A DNA stretch of 63,931 nt, filler included, from Octopus bimaculoides (GCF_001194135.2; 6 parts of 4 records of this genome joined end to end with filler, not necessarily neighbours in it), one strand, 5' to 3'. Positions 1 to 12,418 are shown, numbered from the whole stretch's first letter. Program-made: numbers and translations. The notes: a model not told the origin generated them from the sequence alone.

Positions 1-61
1 CTTTCATTCACAAACGATTCTGCTAGTTTGCTCCACCGCTTCATAGTATAATCATAAACTG

Positions 62-490
62 TATAGACATGGTTGTGTGGTTACGAAGCTCGCTTCGCAA
101 CCGCATGGATTCGGGTTCAGTCCTTTCTGCTCGGTAATTTGGGCAAGCATATTCTACCATAACCCAGGACTGACTAATGCTTTGTGAGTGAACTCTGAAG
201 ACGGAGCCTGTGTAAAAACCCATTACATGGGAATGTGTATGCGAGTGTGTGCGTGCGTGTACGCGTGTTTGTGTTTGGCTGTGTGCGAGCCATTTTGTTT
301 CTATTCGTCCCTCTCCGCCCAAAGTTTTGATATCTGTAGTTGATTTGTTTACGCAGCCTTGAGATAGCGGTTCGGCAAAGAAGACCGATAGAATAAGAGG
401 CTGACTTTATAAGAAATACTAAGGTCTATTTGATCGACTAGACCCTTCAAGGCAGAGCCCCAACACGCCCTCAGTTTGAAACACTAAAAG
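62..490 (+). mobile_element. tRNA-derived SINE family A, diverged near-full copy
   Basis: A-box-like TGGTTGTGTGGT, B-box-like GGGTTCAGTCC, internal (TG)n cassette, 3' module GCGGTTCGGCAAAGAAGACCGATAGAATAAG; matches other copies in the window. Confidence 0.8.
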
Positions 491-504
491 ACGAATGGTA
501 CTCT

Positions 505-905
505 TTTTTTTTATTTGTTTCAGTCATTTGACTGCGGCCATGCTGGAGCACCGCCTTTAGTCGAGCAAATCGACCCCAGGACTTATTCTTTGTAAGCCTA
601 GTACTTATTCTATCGGGGTCTTTTGTCGAACCGCTAAGTGACGGGGACATAAGCACACCAGCATTGGTTGTCAAGCAATGCTAGGGGGACAAACACAGAC
701 ACACAAACACACATACATATACATATATATATATATATATACATATATACGACGGGCTTCTTTCAGTTTCCGTCTACCAAATCCACTCACAAGGCTTTGG
801 TCGGCCCGAGGCTATAGTAGAAGACACTTGCCCAAGGTGCCACGCAGTGGGACTGAACCCGGAACCATGTGGTTGGTAAGCAAGCTACTTACCACACAGC
901 CAATG
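505..905 (-). mobile_element. tRNA-derived SINE family A, well-preserved copy
   Basis: Reverse complement reads TGGCTGTGTGGTAAGTAGCTTGCTTACCAACCACATGGTTCCGGGTTCAGTCCCACTGCGTGGCACCTTGGGCAAG...CCAGCATGGCCGCAGTCAAATGACTGAAAC; near-identical to 55937-56322 and 31300-31700. Confidence 0.9.
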
Positions 906-1124
906 GTTGATGCTAATATTCTAAATTATATATAATGTTATAATTACGGCAGTGATTGTACGGTAAATAGAATTTACAACTCTAATTACTAGTGTGTATT
1001 TGTTTCTGTTAGTATACTAATTATTATATTAATCGTGATATGACGCTGATAGACAGCAATACATCTCATTTATCACTGAGCCGCCATGGGTTTAATGAAA
1101 CATTGCCATACTTCAAGAAATCTC

Positions 1125-1200
1125 GGTTGCTGCTGCTGCTGTTGTTGTTGTTGATTATGCAGAATAATATGCAGATATGTTTCCAACCCTGACCATCCCT
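1125..1200 (-). mobile_element. 3' end of an unclassified (CAA)n-tailed retroposon
   Basis: GATATGTTTCCAACCCTGACCATCCC next to a (TGT/TGC)n run resembles 55800-55935. Confidence 0.35.
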
Positions 1201-1914
1201 AGCGATTTGAAAATGTCTGGCTGGTAGCTCTTGCATGTTAACTAACCACAAAGCGAGTCCACCGTCAGAGTGAATGAACGGCTATTGTATGCATTATAGT
1301 AGTAATATATTTAGGATTCCATATTTTTTTCATAAAGCTGTGTCTTGGTCTCATCATCTTTTTTCCCCATTATTTCACTCACGAAAGCCATGTGGAAATC
1401 TCATATATGCTGTCCTTCCTCTGATACATAAAACGACTGGTGTTGTTCTTTAATTATTTTATCTCTCAGGTCTCTAAATCGAAATCTTTTCAAGTGTGCT
1501 TAACACTTTATTTTGCATTCTCAGTCTTATTATTTCAATGTGTACATTATATGATCTGCCTGTAATGTGTAGCTTCAGCAGGATTTTGATCTTTTCCTCC
1601 TCATAGATCACATGACCGCATAGATACGCTGCCATTAGTTTGAGTAGAGTATCTCTCGTTGGACCGTTAAAGTATAAATATGAAAAGGGTACGGAAATTT
1701 GGAGCTGCAAAATGTGTGATTTTAAATGGAGAATTTATGGGATATGTGAAACAAAATCAATTAAGAATGATTAGAAAAATATAATTGAATCATGGAGACA
1801 CATCGTGATTGCTCTATTCATGAAGCTACATCAAAGATAACTATTGATTTAATATTACAATCGCTTTTTTGTATTAAAATCACTTGTTAATTACTAAAAT
1901 TCACGCTAATAGCC

Positions 1915-2545
1915 GCAAGCATGTCTGTGAGGTTAAGAAGCTCGCTTTGCAGGCATGTGGCTTTGGGTTCAATCCTACTACGAAGCACATTAGATAAGTG
2001 TCTTCTACCATAGCCTCGGGCCGTCCAATGTAGTCTGAATATATTTGGTTGGCGGAAACTGAAAGTAACCCCTCGTATATATCAGTGTGTGTGAGTGTAT
2101 GCGTGTGTATGTGTGCATAACAACATATGGATAATGTGTCAATTCACTACAACCGTTTCCAACGAATTTGTAATTGGTTAATGGAGACATTACATCATTA
2201 GAAAACTGGCTTCATCAGGTTCATACATGAACCACAACATTTAGAAACATTCAGAAATCAATGGTATACGCACATTCATGATTCTACGATATGTGTGTGC
2301 ATGTGTGTGTGAGTGTGTGTGTGTGCATGACTTTCTGTCTGGGTTCGTCCCTCCCAACAACTACCACCGCCTGACAACCGGTCTGTTTACGTCACCGTAA
2401 CTTAGCTGTTCGTCAAAAGGACCGTAGAATAAATACTAGGATTTTTAAAAAAATAGTACTGGTATCGATTCATTCGACTAAAATTCTCAAAGCTGGTGCC
2501 CCAGCATGGCCGCAGTCCCAATGACCGATACAAGTAAAAGAGAAC
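1915..2545 (+). mobile_element. SINE family A, split (5' half about 1915-2075, 3' half about 2330-2545)
   Basis: Head GGTTAAGAAGCTCGCTTTGC...GGGTTCAATCC and tail CCCAGCATGGCCGCAGTC...ACAAGTAAAAGAG. Confidence 0.75.
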
Positions 2546-3469
2546 TAAACAAGCTTCAGTGACAGAAAATATCTCCTACAGCTGCTAACACTATATACAA
2601 GGTTCAACTGGAAGCAACGACGGAGTACTGATCCCAAATTTGGGGCTGTGCTTTTGCTAAACGTGGAAATAATAGGGGCCTCATCCAGATAAGGGCCACT
2701 CAAATGATTGGCATTAAGTCACTCACAGACACACTCTCGATCCTGACCCACAGTCATACTTTCTCGTCTCTATGTCATCTCTATTGCAATCATAATGTTC
2801 TCTCTTCTTCTTCGAGGTGGATAGCCACTTACCTCCTCTACTTTGTCCATCTCTCCTTACTTTTGTGTCTATTTCTCCAAGGATCTTAAATATCCACAAT
2901 GTCCAGTCCTTTCTGTGTTTAAAACCGTCTTTCACCCTGGAACCTTCTTCTTTACGCCTTTCCTGTAGGAATATTAACGGTATCGAGGTCACCAGTTCTA
3001 AAAGACCTACAAAGGTGATTGATACTGCTCTTTTCACCAAATTCAGTAAGTAATTATGAATAAAACTTACATAAATAAATAAAAATTTTGTAAGCAAAGC
3101 AAGGTCGAGCAATTAAAATTATTGTATTAGTCATCGTTTCACAACGTACAAATTATTTACTAGATTCGTCAGATGAGACCAGAAAGACATCGAGGAGAAT
3201 GGAATAGACCGTATAGCCTTCTTTTCATTTCAAACGAAATGAAAGTTTTTAATATATAGAATGAACTGCAAGAAAAAAGAAAAAAGAAAATTCCTAGATA
3301 AAAAATTAATTATAAGAAAGAATTATAGATTTGTAAAACGTGACGTTTACGAACATAATTTCACAAATATACACTGTCTAATTTCCAAATCTGGCTTTCA
3401 TTTATTCTTCATATATTTGATACGTTCATATTCCATTTCTCTATTTAATGTGAACTATTGGCTTCCAAT

Positions 3470-3657
3470 GTTGGCAAAAGGCAAAAAATTTCGTGAGAGG
3501 GAGCAAGTCGATTACATCGATCCCAGTACTCAACTGGTTCTTATTTTATTAACCCCTGAAAGGGTGAAATACATAGTCGACCTCGGCGGAATTTGAGCAC
3601 AGAACGTAAAAGCATTTTGCCCGGCGTGCTAATGATTCTAACCAGCTTGCTGCCTTA
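3470..3657 (-). mobile_element. tRNA-derived SINE family B
   Basis: AGTCGATTACATCGATCCCAGTACTCAACTGG...GTCGACCTCGGCGGAATTTGAG...TTTTGCCCGGCGTGCTAATGATTCT; same as 8137-8350. Confidence 0.85.
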
Positions 3658-4126
3658 ATTTAGAGCAAAATATTAGTTCGGAATTTTTGCACAAGGCTAA
3701 GAGTTTCGAGGGAGGGGAGCAGTATGGTTGCAATCTAATGATTGAAACAAACAAAAGAGATAAGAATAAAAACGATAGAATTAATCCGCTGTGAACAAGA
3801 GACGTGAAACTCCGAGTAACAATTCAAATAAATCAACATTTCAATAAATATCACACGATTCTACCGTCATTCTATTAATCTAATTCTCCTTGAATTTAGT
3901 AATGTTTTTTCGTCTAATTACAACCATACTAGGGTAATGCTCTCAATCCATTTTATGACTTTATATATATATATANNNNNNNNNNNNNNNNNNNNNNNNN
4001 NNNNNNNNNNNNNNNNNNNNNNNNNNNNNNNNNNNNNNNNNNNNNNNNNNNNNNNNNNNNNNNNNATATACAATATATATATATGTATTATATCTATGCA
4101 TATGTATGTGTGTGTGTGCGTATATG

Positions 4127-4166
<40 letters not shown>

Positions 4167-4665
4167 TATGTATGTATATATATGTTTGTGCGTGTGTGTA
4201 TGTGTTTGTGAGTGAGTGTGTGTGTGTGTGTGCGTGTTTGTGTGTGCATGTGTGTGTAAACAGCCAATGGACACACAACATCCTAGTCACACACACATTC
4301 CGACCAGGTGCTGCTAATTACACAAATCTCGGTGTACCATTTATATTATCCCGTGTGCATGCACATCGAAACACTTAGTCTATAAACACAAATATTTTAT
4401 TACTCGATACAAGCGAACAATGAACGGAATAAGTCTAATGTATATTTGAGGTGAGATTTCAACGAAGAAAAGCAAACCCAACTGTTGTACTTTCTAGATT
4501 AATGGCCGTTTTACGTGAATAACCAACATTTACATGTGATGAGTGAACCTCCTACGGAAGCCTATCAGAGCAGAGTAGCCATGTTGATTCACGATCACGC
4601 ATCGTAGTCCTTCTTGCTATTATATCAGATGATGTGAACACGTCCTACTTGTGATTTTATTTCAT

Positions 4666-4705
<40 letters not shown>

Positions 4706-4715
4706 NNNNNNNNNN

Positions 4716-4767
<52 letters not shown>

Positions 4768-4899
4768 TATTTCATTCTTTTCTTCTGTATTTGTTTCGTA
4801 CTCATTTAGTAACACACACACGCACACGCACAAACACAAACACGCACACACACATACAGACACACACACATATTCGTGTATGTCAACGCATATGTATAT

Positions 4900-5030
4900 A
4901 TTGACGTGGCTGTGTGGTAGGAAGTTTGCTTCCCAACCATATGGTTCCGGGCTCAGTCACTCAGCGTGGCACGTTGGGCAAGTGTCTTCTATTATAGCTT
5001 CGGGCCAACAAAGTCTTGTGAGTAAGAGCA
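4900..5030 (+). mobile_element. SINE family A 5' fragment
   Basis: GTGGCTGTGTGGTAGGAAGTTTGCTTCCCAACCATATGGTTCCGGGCTCAGTC. Confidence 0.8.
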
Positions 5031-5037
5031 GTTCGTC

Positions 5038-5080
<43 letters not shown>

Positions 5081-5261
5081 GGAGGCCACTTCATATATAT
5101 CTTTATATATATTTTTATATACACATATACTTTAATCCTTTGAGATCTCAGATATTTTTTCTGAATCTCCCTGATTCTTTTAATATGCTTGTTCCCTGGC
5201 ATTAAATTGATATGAATTAATATCCAATTGTTTACCCTATCGTTATATATACATATATATA

Positions 5262-5292
<31 letters not shown>

Positions 5293-5309
5293 ATATATGT
5301 ATGTATATG

Positions 5310-5560
5310 GAATAAAAACACAATGGAGGGCATTAAAACGTTCGGACAGATAGACGACACAAATGCAGACAAGAGAAACAACAATTAGAAGGACAAGCAA
5401 AAAAGACGGGTCATTCTTGGTTTTGTTTCTTCAGTCAAGTACCAGAAGTCACGACCATTTCGGACAGTTATACTTGAGATGGTTCGATCTAGTTGTCCCC
5501 CAAAAAGTCTAAGCTAAGAGCATTAGGACCCCTTTGTAAGAAAGCTAGCGAATGTGAACG
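5310..5560 (-). mobile_element. Unclassified interspersed repeat (possible Penelope-like terminal region)
   Basis: Reverse complement shares CTAAT(G/A)CTCTTAGCTTAG...CCGAAAT...CTGG...GACTGAAGA...GAATGA with 52975-53225(+). Confidence 0.5.
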
Positions 5561-6569
5561 GCAACAAAGACAAAAAAAAACCCCAAAAAACCGAGAACAT
5601 AGTACAGAACTACGAATACAAAGAACAAGAAATAACTACAGGCGTCTTTCGACCGAGAACCATTCAAATTGAGCTGGCGTGTATGGAGTGAAAGCACAAA
5701 GGCAGGAACATGGGAGATTCGGCACAAGACGTGTTGACGCTCGGCAGTCAGGCCATGTATGTATGTATGTATGTATGTATGTATGTATGTATGTATGTAT
5801 GTATGTTACTGTATTTCTTTTAGTTGTGTCTTGTCATCTCTAATGTTCTCTCTGTGTTTCCTTTTCCCCCCCGTCCGTCAATTTCTCCGTCGTCCATTAT
5901 TTGGATCCAACGCTGAAAATGTTTTTATGATTTTAGCACAGTTTCATAGCATGTTTTAATACTTTTCCACTCGCTATTTTAGTTCTGTGTTCACACTTAT
6001 TTTTCCTCTTTTTCTTTATCATTATATCCGTATCTCCTGCTCTAATTTAGTGAGATTCTCAATTAAACCATACCCTTCGTTTTATGTAGAAATATGCTAT
6101 GCAGTGCAAAATGCCTCCACTAAATTCTTACACCTCATATATTCTAACTGGAATTCCACCCCAACTCTCTCTCTCTCCATCTCTTTCTCCCCCCTCTCTC
6201 TCTGGTTAAAACACTGTCCCAGGTTGAGCAAATGGCAAAGTCGCCATTNNNNNNNNNNAAGAAATTAACACCAAACACTGTTTATGTTCGGTGTTAAAAC
6301 AGTTCCGCTAATTCACTCATCTGAAGGCGGTTATAATAATTATTTCTAACATCAATACAAGGCCATCCTAGTTCGCACATCAAAATCATTGCTTCAATCA
6401 AACAAGGCAGGGCTAGGCACTGCATATTCAAATAAACCAATGAGATTTAAACGGGAAATAGAAAAAAGCGTATAATGACCACTGCATTTTTTTTTTGTAT
6501 CTGACGCTTTATTGTTTCTAATTATCCATAGCGTGCAAGGTAGTAAAATCTAATGACCACAAATATAAT

Positions 6570-7197
6570 TCTTTCTATTGTAGGCAGGAATTTTGGAGGA
6601 GGAGACCTAGTCAATTACATCGATTCCAGTGCTCAACTGGTATTTATTTTATCGCTCCGAAAATGGTGAAAGTAGTTTCAGCGAAATTTTAATCTGGAAC
6701 GTAAAACCGGGAGAAATACAATCAAATATCTCGTACTATGCGCTACTAACTCTGCCAACATACCGCCTTCGATAAGTAATGTAATATTATCTTTTTGAGA
6801 AATAGGGTTTGAAATTTTGGTGTGGGATCTAATCGATTACATCGGTCCCAGTATTCGACAGATACATAATTAATCGACCTCGGAAGACGAAAAGCAAAGT
6901 CGATCTTAGCTAATTTGAACACGAAACAATGACGGATAAAATGCTGCTAACAGTTCTGCCAGGTCGCTCCTTCTAACCAATGATACGAAAACTTTTGGCT
7001 CAAGGCCAGCAATTTCGAAACAGGCTGTAAGTCGATTACATCGACCCCCAGTGCTGTATGGACACTATATTTAATCGACCCCAAAATTATAAAGATTAAT
7101 GTCGACCTCGAAGGAATTTGAACTCAGATCATAATGACCGGCGAAACGCCGCTAAGCATTTTGCCCGGCGTGCTAAGGATTCTGCCAGCTCATCGCC
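6570..7197 (-). mobile_element. Three head-to-tail SINE family B copies
   Basis: Repeated GTC(A/G)ATTACATCG...TATTTTATCG/TAATCGACC...GAAC...CTGCCA modules at about 6570-6770, 6800-6972 and 6990-7197. Confidence 0.8.
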
Positions 7198-7744
7198 ATC
7201 TTTGCTCAATAATATAGTGCTAAATAGCATACCTAACAGATGCAACAAGACAAGCAATTTCATACAATGTGCCGCGTGTGATGTGCAGGTTGGTCTCGAG
7301 TTGCTGAAGCGAATCGGGCATATGTTAGGGTATTTAGGAAAGATAGGTATTTTAATGTACAACATAGATGCATGTGTATTTATTTCATTGTGGCAAACAC
7401 GTATGAATTGGAACATATCTATTTAAAACAACTTTAACATTCTTTGAACATTTTTTGCCTTTTTACATTTCAAACATTTAACCCTTGGTCCGGTATACCA
7501 CATTGACACACAGGATACATTTTCCCAGATTCCAGGCATCATACACAATGCAAATTCGCCATTTTTTTTTCAAACACCACAGTAACTTAGGAGATACGAA
7601 ACGTAGCCTTCATATTACTCAGAATGTATGAAGCAAAGGTTAACGAGAAGTTTGAAAAGAAGCATGGATATTCGGGGAAAACTTTGGGAAAAGGATTAAA
7701 AAGCTGAAAGAGTACTGTGCACATATATTGGTTTCAAAAATTGA

Positions 7745-7850
7745 CATCTGAAAGGCAAAGCCGACCTCGGCGTCATTTGAACTCATAACGTACTGTCGAT
7801 TAGTATTTCGTTACACCCCCTCTAACAATTCTGCCAGGTCACCGCTCTGA
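7745..7850 (-). mobile_element. SINE family B 5' fragment
   Basis: GAAAGGCAAAGCCGACCTCGGCGTCATTTGAACTCA...ATTCTGCCAGGTCACCGC. Confidence 0.75.
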
Positions 7851-8030
7851 TATGCAAGTATTTTATTGTTTGTATTAAATCAAAGCTTATGAAAACATTA
7901 AATGGCGGGTCGCACAGAAATTCATTTAATTTGATTAAAAATGCAATATTTGAGAGTGATTTAGAAGTTTCTTCGTGAATTTATACCATCACATTACCTG
8001 CATTCTGCTCATAAGTCATAGATATGCATG

Positions 8031-8076
<46 letters not shown>

Positions 8077-8136
8077 AAACACACACATATACACGTACGT
8101 GCGTATATAATGCACACATACAAACATACACATAAA

Positions 8137-8350
8137 TCTTTTCTACTATAAGCACGAGGTCTGAAATTAGTAGAGAGGGGACTAGTCGATTACATCGGGC
8201 CCAGTTCTTAACTGGTACTTAATTTATCGACCCTGAAAGGATGAAAGGAAAAGCCGACCTCGGCGGAATTTGAACTCAGAACGTAGCGGCAGAGGAAATG
8301 CTTAATAGCATTTCGCCTGGCGTGCTAACGATTCTGCCAGTTCGCCGCCT
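8137..8350 (-). mobile_element. SINE family B, well-preserved copy
   Basis: Reverse complement AGGCGGCGAACTGGCAGAATCGTTAGCACGCCAGGCGAAATGC...GAGTTCAAATTCC (B-box)...GGTCGATAAATTAAGTACCAG...GTAATCGACT...TAGTAGAAAG. Confidence 0.9.
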
Positions 8351-8516
8351 TATACACACGGATTTATATCTACCGAAATTACAGCGTCTCTACGTCGGGG
8401 CATATTTGAAGGATTTTCAAACGATTTAGACTGAAAGTAAAAGAATCCTTGGTCAATAACGTACCTGTCTGCCCAAGGGCTAACCTTTAGATGCCACTGG
8501 TATTTATTTTCAACAG

Positions 8517-8682
8517 AATCTCCAATCATGAATGCTACACTTCAAGAACGAATGACGACTGCGGTTACAGCATCCGCGTTGCCCACGATTACAATCTCGA
8601 GAGCAGCCGGCTGTCGGACGAGATCAGCATTTGTGAAGGATGTGGTGAATTCTATCGTCGGAGTCGGCTCCAATTAATTCGG
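8517..8682 (+). CDS. Candidate orphan exon (166 nt), product unknown
   Basis: Acceptor TATTTATTTTCAACAG|, donor CGG|GTGAGT with further GTAAGT sites at 8699 and 8703; one open frame (ISNHECYTSRTNDDCGYSIRVAHDYNLESSRLSDEISICEGCGEFYRRSRLQLIR); non-repetitive and CpG-rich; no partner exon identified. Confidence 0.35.
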
Positions 8683-9164
8683 GTGAGTGCCGCCGATAGT
8701 AAGTAAGTATATATTTTTAACGCAGTGTACAGGATTAATGTGAAATAAATTTCATTCATTGAAGAGCACAATGCCTGGTAATAAAAAAGTAAACCCACGA
8801 TATGATAACTGTAAGCTCCAAACCTGTAACGCTAGGCCTTCACCTGCACCCACTCACCCCACGTACAGAAACATAATTAGAGTGACACTCGTGTCAGTTG
8901 GGGGGTGAGTGGTGGTGTCTGAAGGCACGTGGCATAGTCAGAGAAGATTTAGCAGCTTTATGTCCATTGCACTGGGCACTTTAGTATTCTTTATTGAGAA
9001 CAAACCACGATATGCATCAATCTGAGTTGGGCCTCTACAGCCGTGAGACCTCTGCGCAACTGTCCAGTCTGCATATGACTTAAGTGGGCCCTGGGAGTAG
9101 TGTGCTTTTGAGTTCGTTTCCATTACTGGGCGGTGCGTTATGTTCTGGAATAAGGTTTATATAT

Positions 9165-9242
9165 TTGTGTGTCTGTGTGTCTGTCTATCTATTTATCTAT
9201 CTATTTATCTGTCTGTCTATGTCTTCTATCTATCTATGTTGG

Positions 9243-9291
<49 letters not shown>

Positions 9292-9319
9292 TTGTCTGTC
9301 TGTCTGTCTGTCTATCTAT

Positions 9320-9357
<38 letters not shown>

Positions 9358-9566
9358 ATCTATCTATCTATCTATCTATCTGTCAGTGTGTCTGTCAGTT
9401 TATTTCCCTGTCTATTTATCTTTGTTTGTCTGTCTGTCTGTCTGCCTGTCTGTTTCTGTATGTCGATCGATCTAGCTAGCTAGCTCTCTATCTATCTATC
9501 TATCTATCTGTCTGCCTGTCTGTCTGTCTACCTGTCTGTATGTCTGTCTGTCTGTTTGTCTGTATG

Positions 9567-9623
<57 letters not shown>

Positions 9624-9670
9624 GTCTGTCTCTCTGTCTATCTAGCTAGCTCTTTGTGTGTTTATTTATC
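9165..9670. repeat. Compound (TCTA)n/(TCTG)n tetranucleotide microsatellite
   Basis: Directly visible. Confidence 0.95.
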
Positions 9671-9975
9671 TTTCTATCTATATGTGTGCGTGTGTCTGTG
9701 TGCGTGTTTAAAATGTTTCCTTGCTCTAAACAGCAACCTGGTCAATGACAACGTTATATATATAAGATAAAGGACATACGTTGGTATTGAAATAATGGAG
9801 AATGCCAACGAATAAAATCTTCGTCCGATGTCCACTCAACATTTCTGTCAGATTCTAATTCTTTTACGCCAATGACGTCTTCCTGAAGTGCAAACTGCCA
9901 TATTTTCTCATTTTCTAATTTTCCCGCTTCTTTATATTTTCAAAAGTACTCTGGTCAAAGTATTAAAGAACCAGC

Positions 9976-9977
9976 TT

Positions 9978-10054
<77 letters not shown>

Positions 10055-10070
10055 TTGGTGNNNNNNNNNN

Positions 10071-10103
<33 letters not shown>

Positions 10104-10387
10104 TTGGTGGTGGTGGGACGGCAGTGGCGGCAATTTTTGTTGTTGTTGTTGCTGGTGCCCGTGGTAATGGTGGTGAAGGTGCTAGTGGAGGTGGTAATGG
10201 TGGTGGTTGTGGTAGCAATGGTGGTAGTGGTGATGGTGGTGTTAGTGTTGGTGGTAGTGGTGCTGGTGTCAGTGGTAATGGTGGTGGTGGTGGTGGTAGT
10301 GGTGCTGCTGGTGGTGCTGGTGCTGGTGGTGCTGGTAACGGTGGCAATGGTGGTGACCGTGGTGGTGTTGTTGTTGTTGTTGTTGTT
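9976..10387. repeat. Compound trinucleotide repeat (TAG)n-(GGT)n-(GTT)n running into a gap
   Basis: Directly visible; source of spurious Gly/Val/Pro-rich ORFs. Confidence 0.95.
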
Positions 10388-11196
10388 NNNNNNNNNNNNN
10401 NNNNNNNNNNNNNNNNNNNNNNNNNNNNNNNNNNNNNNNNNNNNNNNNNNNNNNNNNNNNNNNNNNNNNNNNNNNNNNNNNNNNNNNNNNNNNNNNNNNN
10501 NNNNNNNNNNNNNNNNNNNNNNNNNNNNNNNNNNNNNNNNNNNNNNNNNNNNNNNNNNNNNNNNNNNNNNNNNNNNNNNNNNNNNNNNNNNNNNNNNNNN
10601 NNNNNNNNNNNNNNNNNNNNNNNNNNNNNNNNNNNNNNNNNNNNNNNNNNNNNNNNNNNNNNNNNNNNNNNNNNNNNNNNNNNNNNNNNNNNNNNNNNNN
10701 NNNNNNNNNNNNNNNNNNNNNNNNNNNNNNNNNNNNNNNNNNNNNNNNNNNNNNNNNNNNNNNNNNNNNNNNNNNNNNNNNNNNNNNNNNNNNNNNNNNN
10801 NNNNNNNNNNNNNNNNNNNNNNNNNNNNNNNNNNNNNNNNNNNNNNNNNNNNNNNNNNNNNNNNNNNNNNNNNNNNNNNNNNNNNNNNNNNNNNNNNNNN
10901 NNNNNNNNNNNNNNNNNNNNNNNNNNNNNNNNNNNNNNNNNNNNNNNNNNNNNNNNNNNNNNNNNNNNNNNNNNNNNNNNNNNNNNNNNNNNNNNNNNNN
11001 NNNNNNNNNNNNNNNNNNNNNNNNNNNNNNNNNNNNNNNNNNNNNNNNNNNNNNNNNNNNNNNNNNNNNNNNNNNNNNNNNNNNNNNNNNNNNNNNNNNN
11101 NNNATATATATATCAGAACATATGTGTGTACACATGTACGCATGCATGCTTGCATCTATGCATGTATGCATGTATGTATGTATGTATGTATGTATG

Positions 11197-11238
<42 letters not shown>

Positions 11239-11674
11239 TATGTATGTATGTATGTATGTATGTATGTATGTATATATGTATGCATGTGCACGTGATATAT
11301 ATGCGTGTTTATGAGTAATGTTTTAGCTGTTTAAGTGCTTCTTTTATGCTTTCAATGTCGTGATTTTTCCATTTGTTAGGTTTTTATTTTATGGTATGTT
11401 TGCTAACTTTTGTCGGGTATTTGTTTCCTTCAGTTTTTTAATGGTGGGGTACAGAAGCTTGTTTTCTCAATAAACACTGCTGTCATATACTTTTATTGTA
11501 TTCTTAATTGTTCGCCTTCTGTTACTTTATTGTTGCTGGTGTTTTGTTGCCGTAAATGACGCTTGTTTGCCACCACCTCCCATCCTAGTATTGTGTACTG
11601 GTGTAATTGTTGTTGTAGCTATTCTACTTGATCCTGTTGTTTTCGTAGTTGTTGTTGGTGGTGATATCATGTTT

Positions 11675-11749
<75 letters not shown>

Positions 11750-12349
11750 GGGACACCATTAGCGTCAAACATTGACAAAGATATAATCCCGTACTTATAA
11801 ACAAATAACTTCCTTTCGCTATAAGCTCCTCCTCCTCTTTCTCTTACCCTCCTCCTTCCCTCCTCTTTCTGCTTTTGACTCTATGCACTTTGGTTTAATT
11901 TTTCTTTTCATTTTTCTCTACCCTCGGCTTCCACCAGCTTTCTCACTCATTATTTTTTTTATCTTTTCCCTTCTCTTTCGCTTCAATTGTATAACCACCA
12001 GATAGATAGATAGATAGATAGATAGAAAAGTAGTATAATGTGAACAAAATCGCGAAGCCAGATACCTAAGCGACCCTGCGAAGCGCTGTCGGTCGCTTTG
12101 CGTCACTCTCTCCTCTCTCATTGTAGCTATGTATTTACAAATATATATACACACACATTTAAATATGTATAGATAATTATATATAATATATATGAACATA
12201 GACATATACAGCTATACGTGTGTGTAAATATTTATACATATATGCCTATATCTATACCTATCTACCCACCTATCTAATCAATGTATCGACCTATCTAATA
12301 TATACATGTATGCACACAAACACACACGTGTATACATACCTACACATAT

Positions 12350-12418
<69 letters not shown>

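Noticed and set aside
505-905. tRNA genes in SINE heads (also families B and C)
   Set aside because: A/B boxes are present but there is no complete cloverleaf, and the sequence continues into multi-copy SINE bodies
1474-1710. Protein-like minus-strand ORF (…TLLKLMAAYLCGHVIYEEEKIKILLKL…)
   Set aside because: No recognisable motif; only non-canonical or weak splice sites; cannot be supported without expression data
4533-4620. C/D-box snoRNA candidates (GTGATGA here and at about 44637)
   Set aside because: No downstream CTGA box D at a suitable distance and no terminal stem
10046-11318. Long Gly-rich, Val-rich and Thr-rich ORFs
   Set aside because: Pure trinucleotide repeats extended through a 700-N gap; open in most frames
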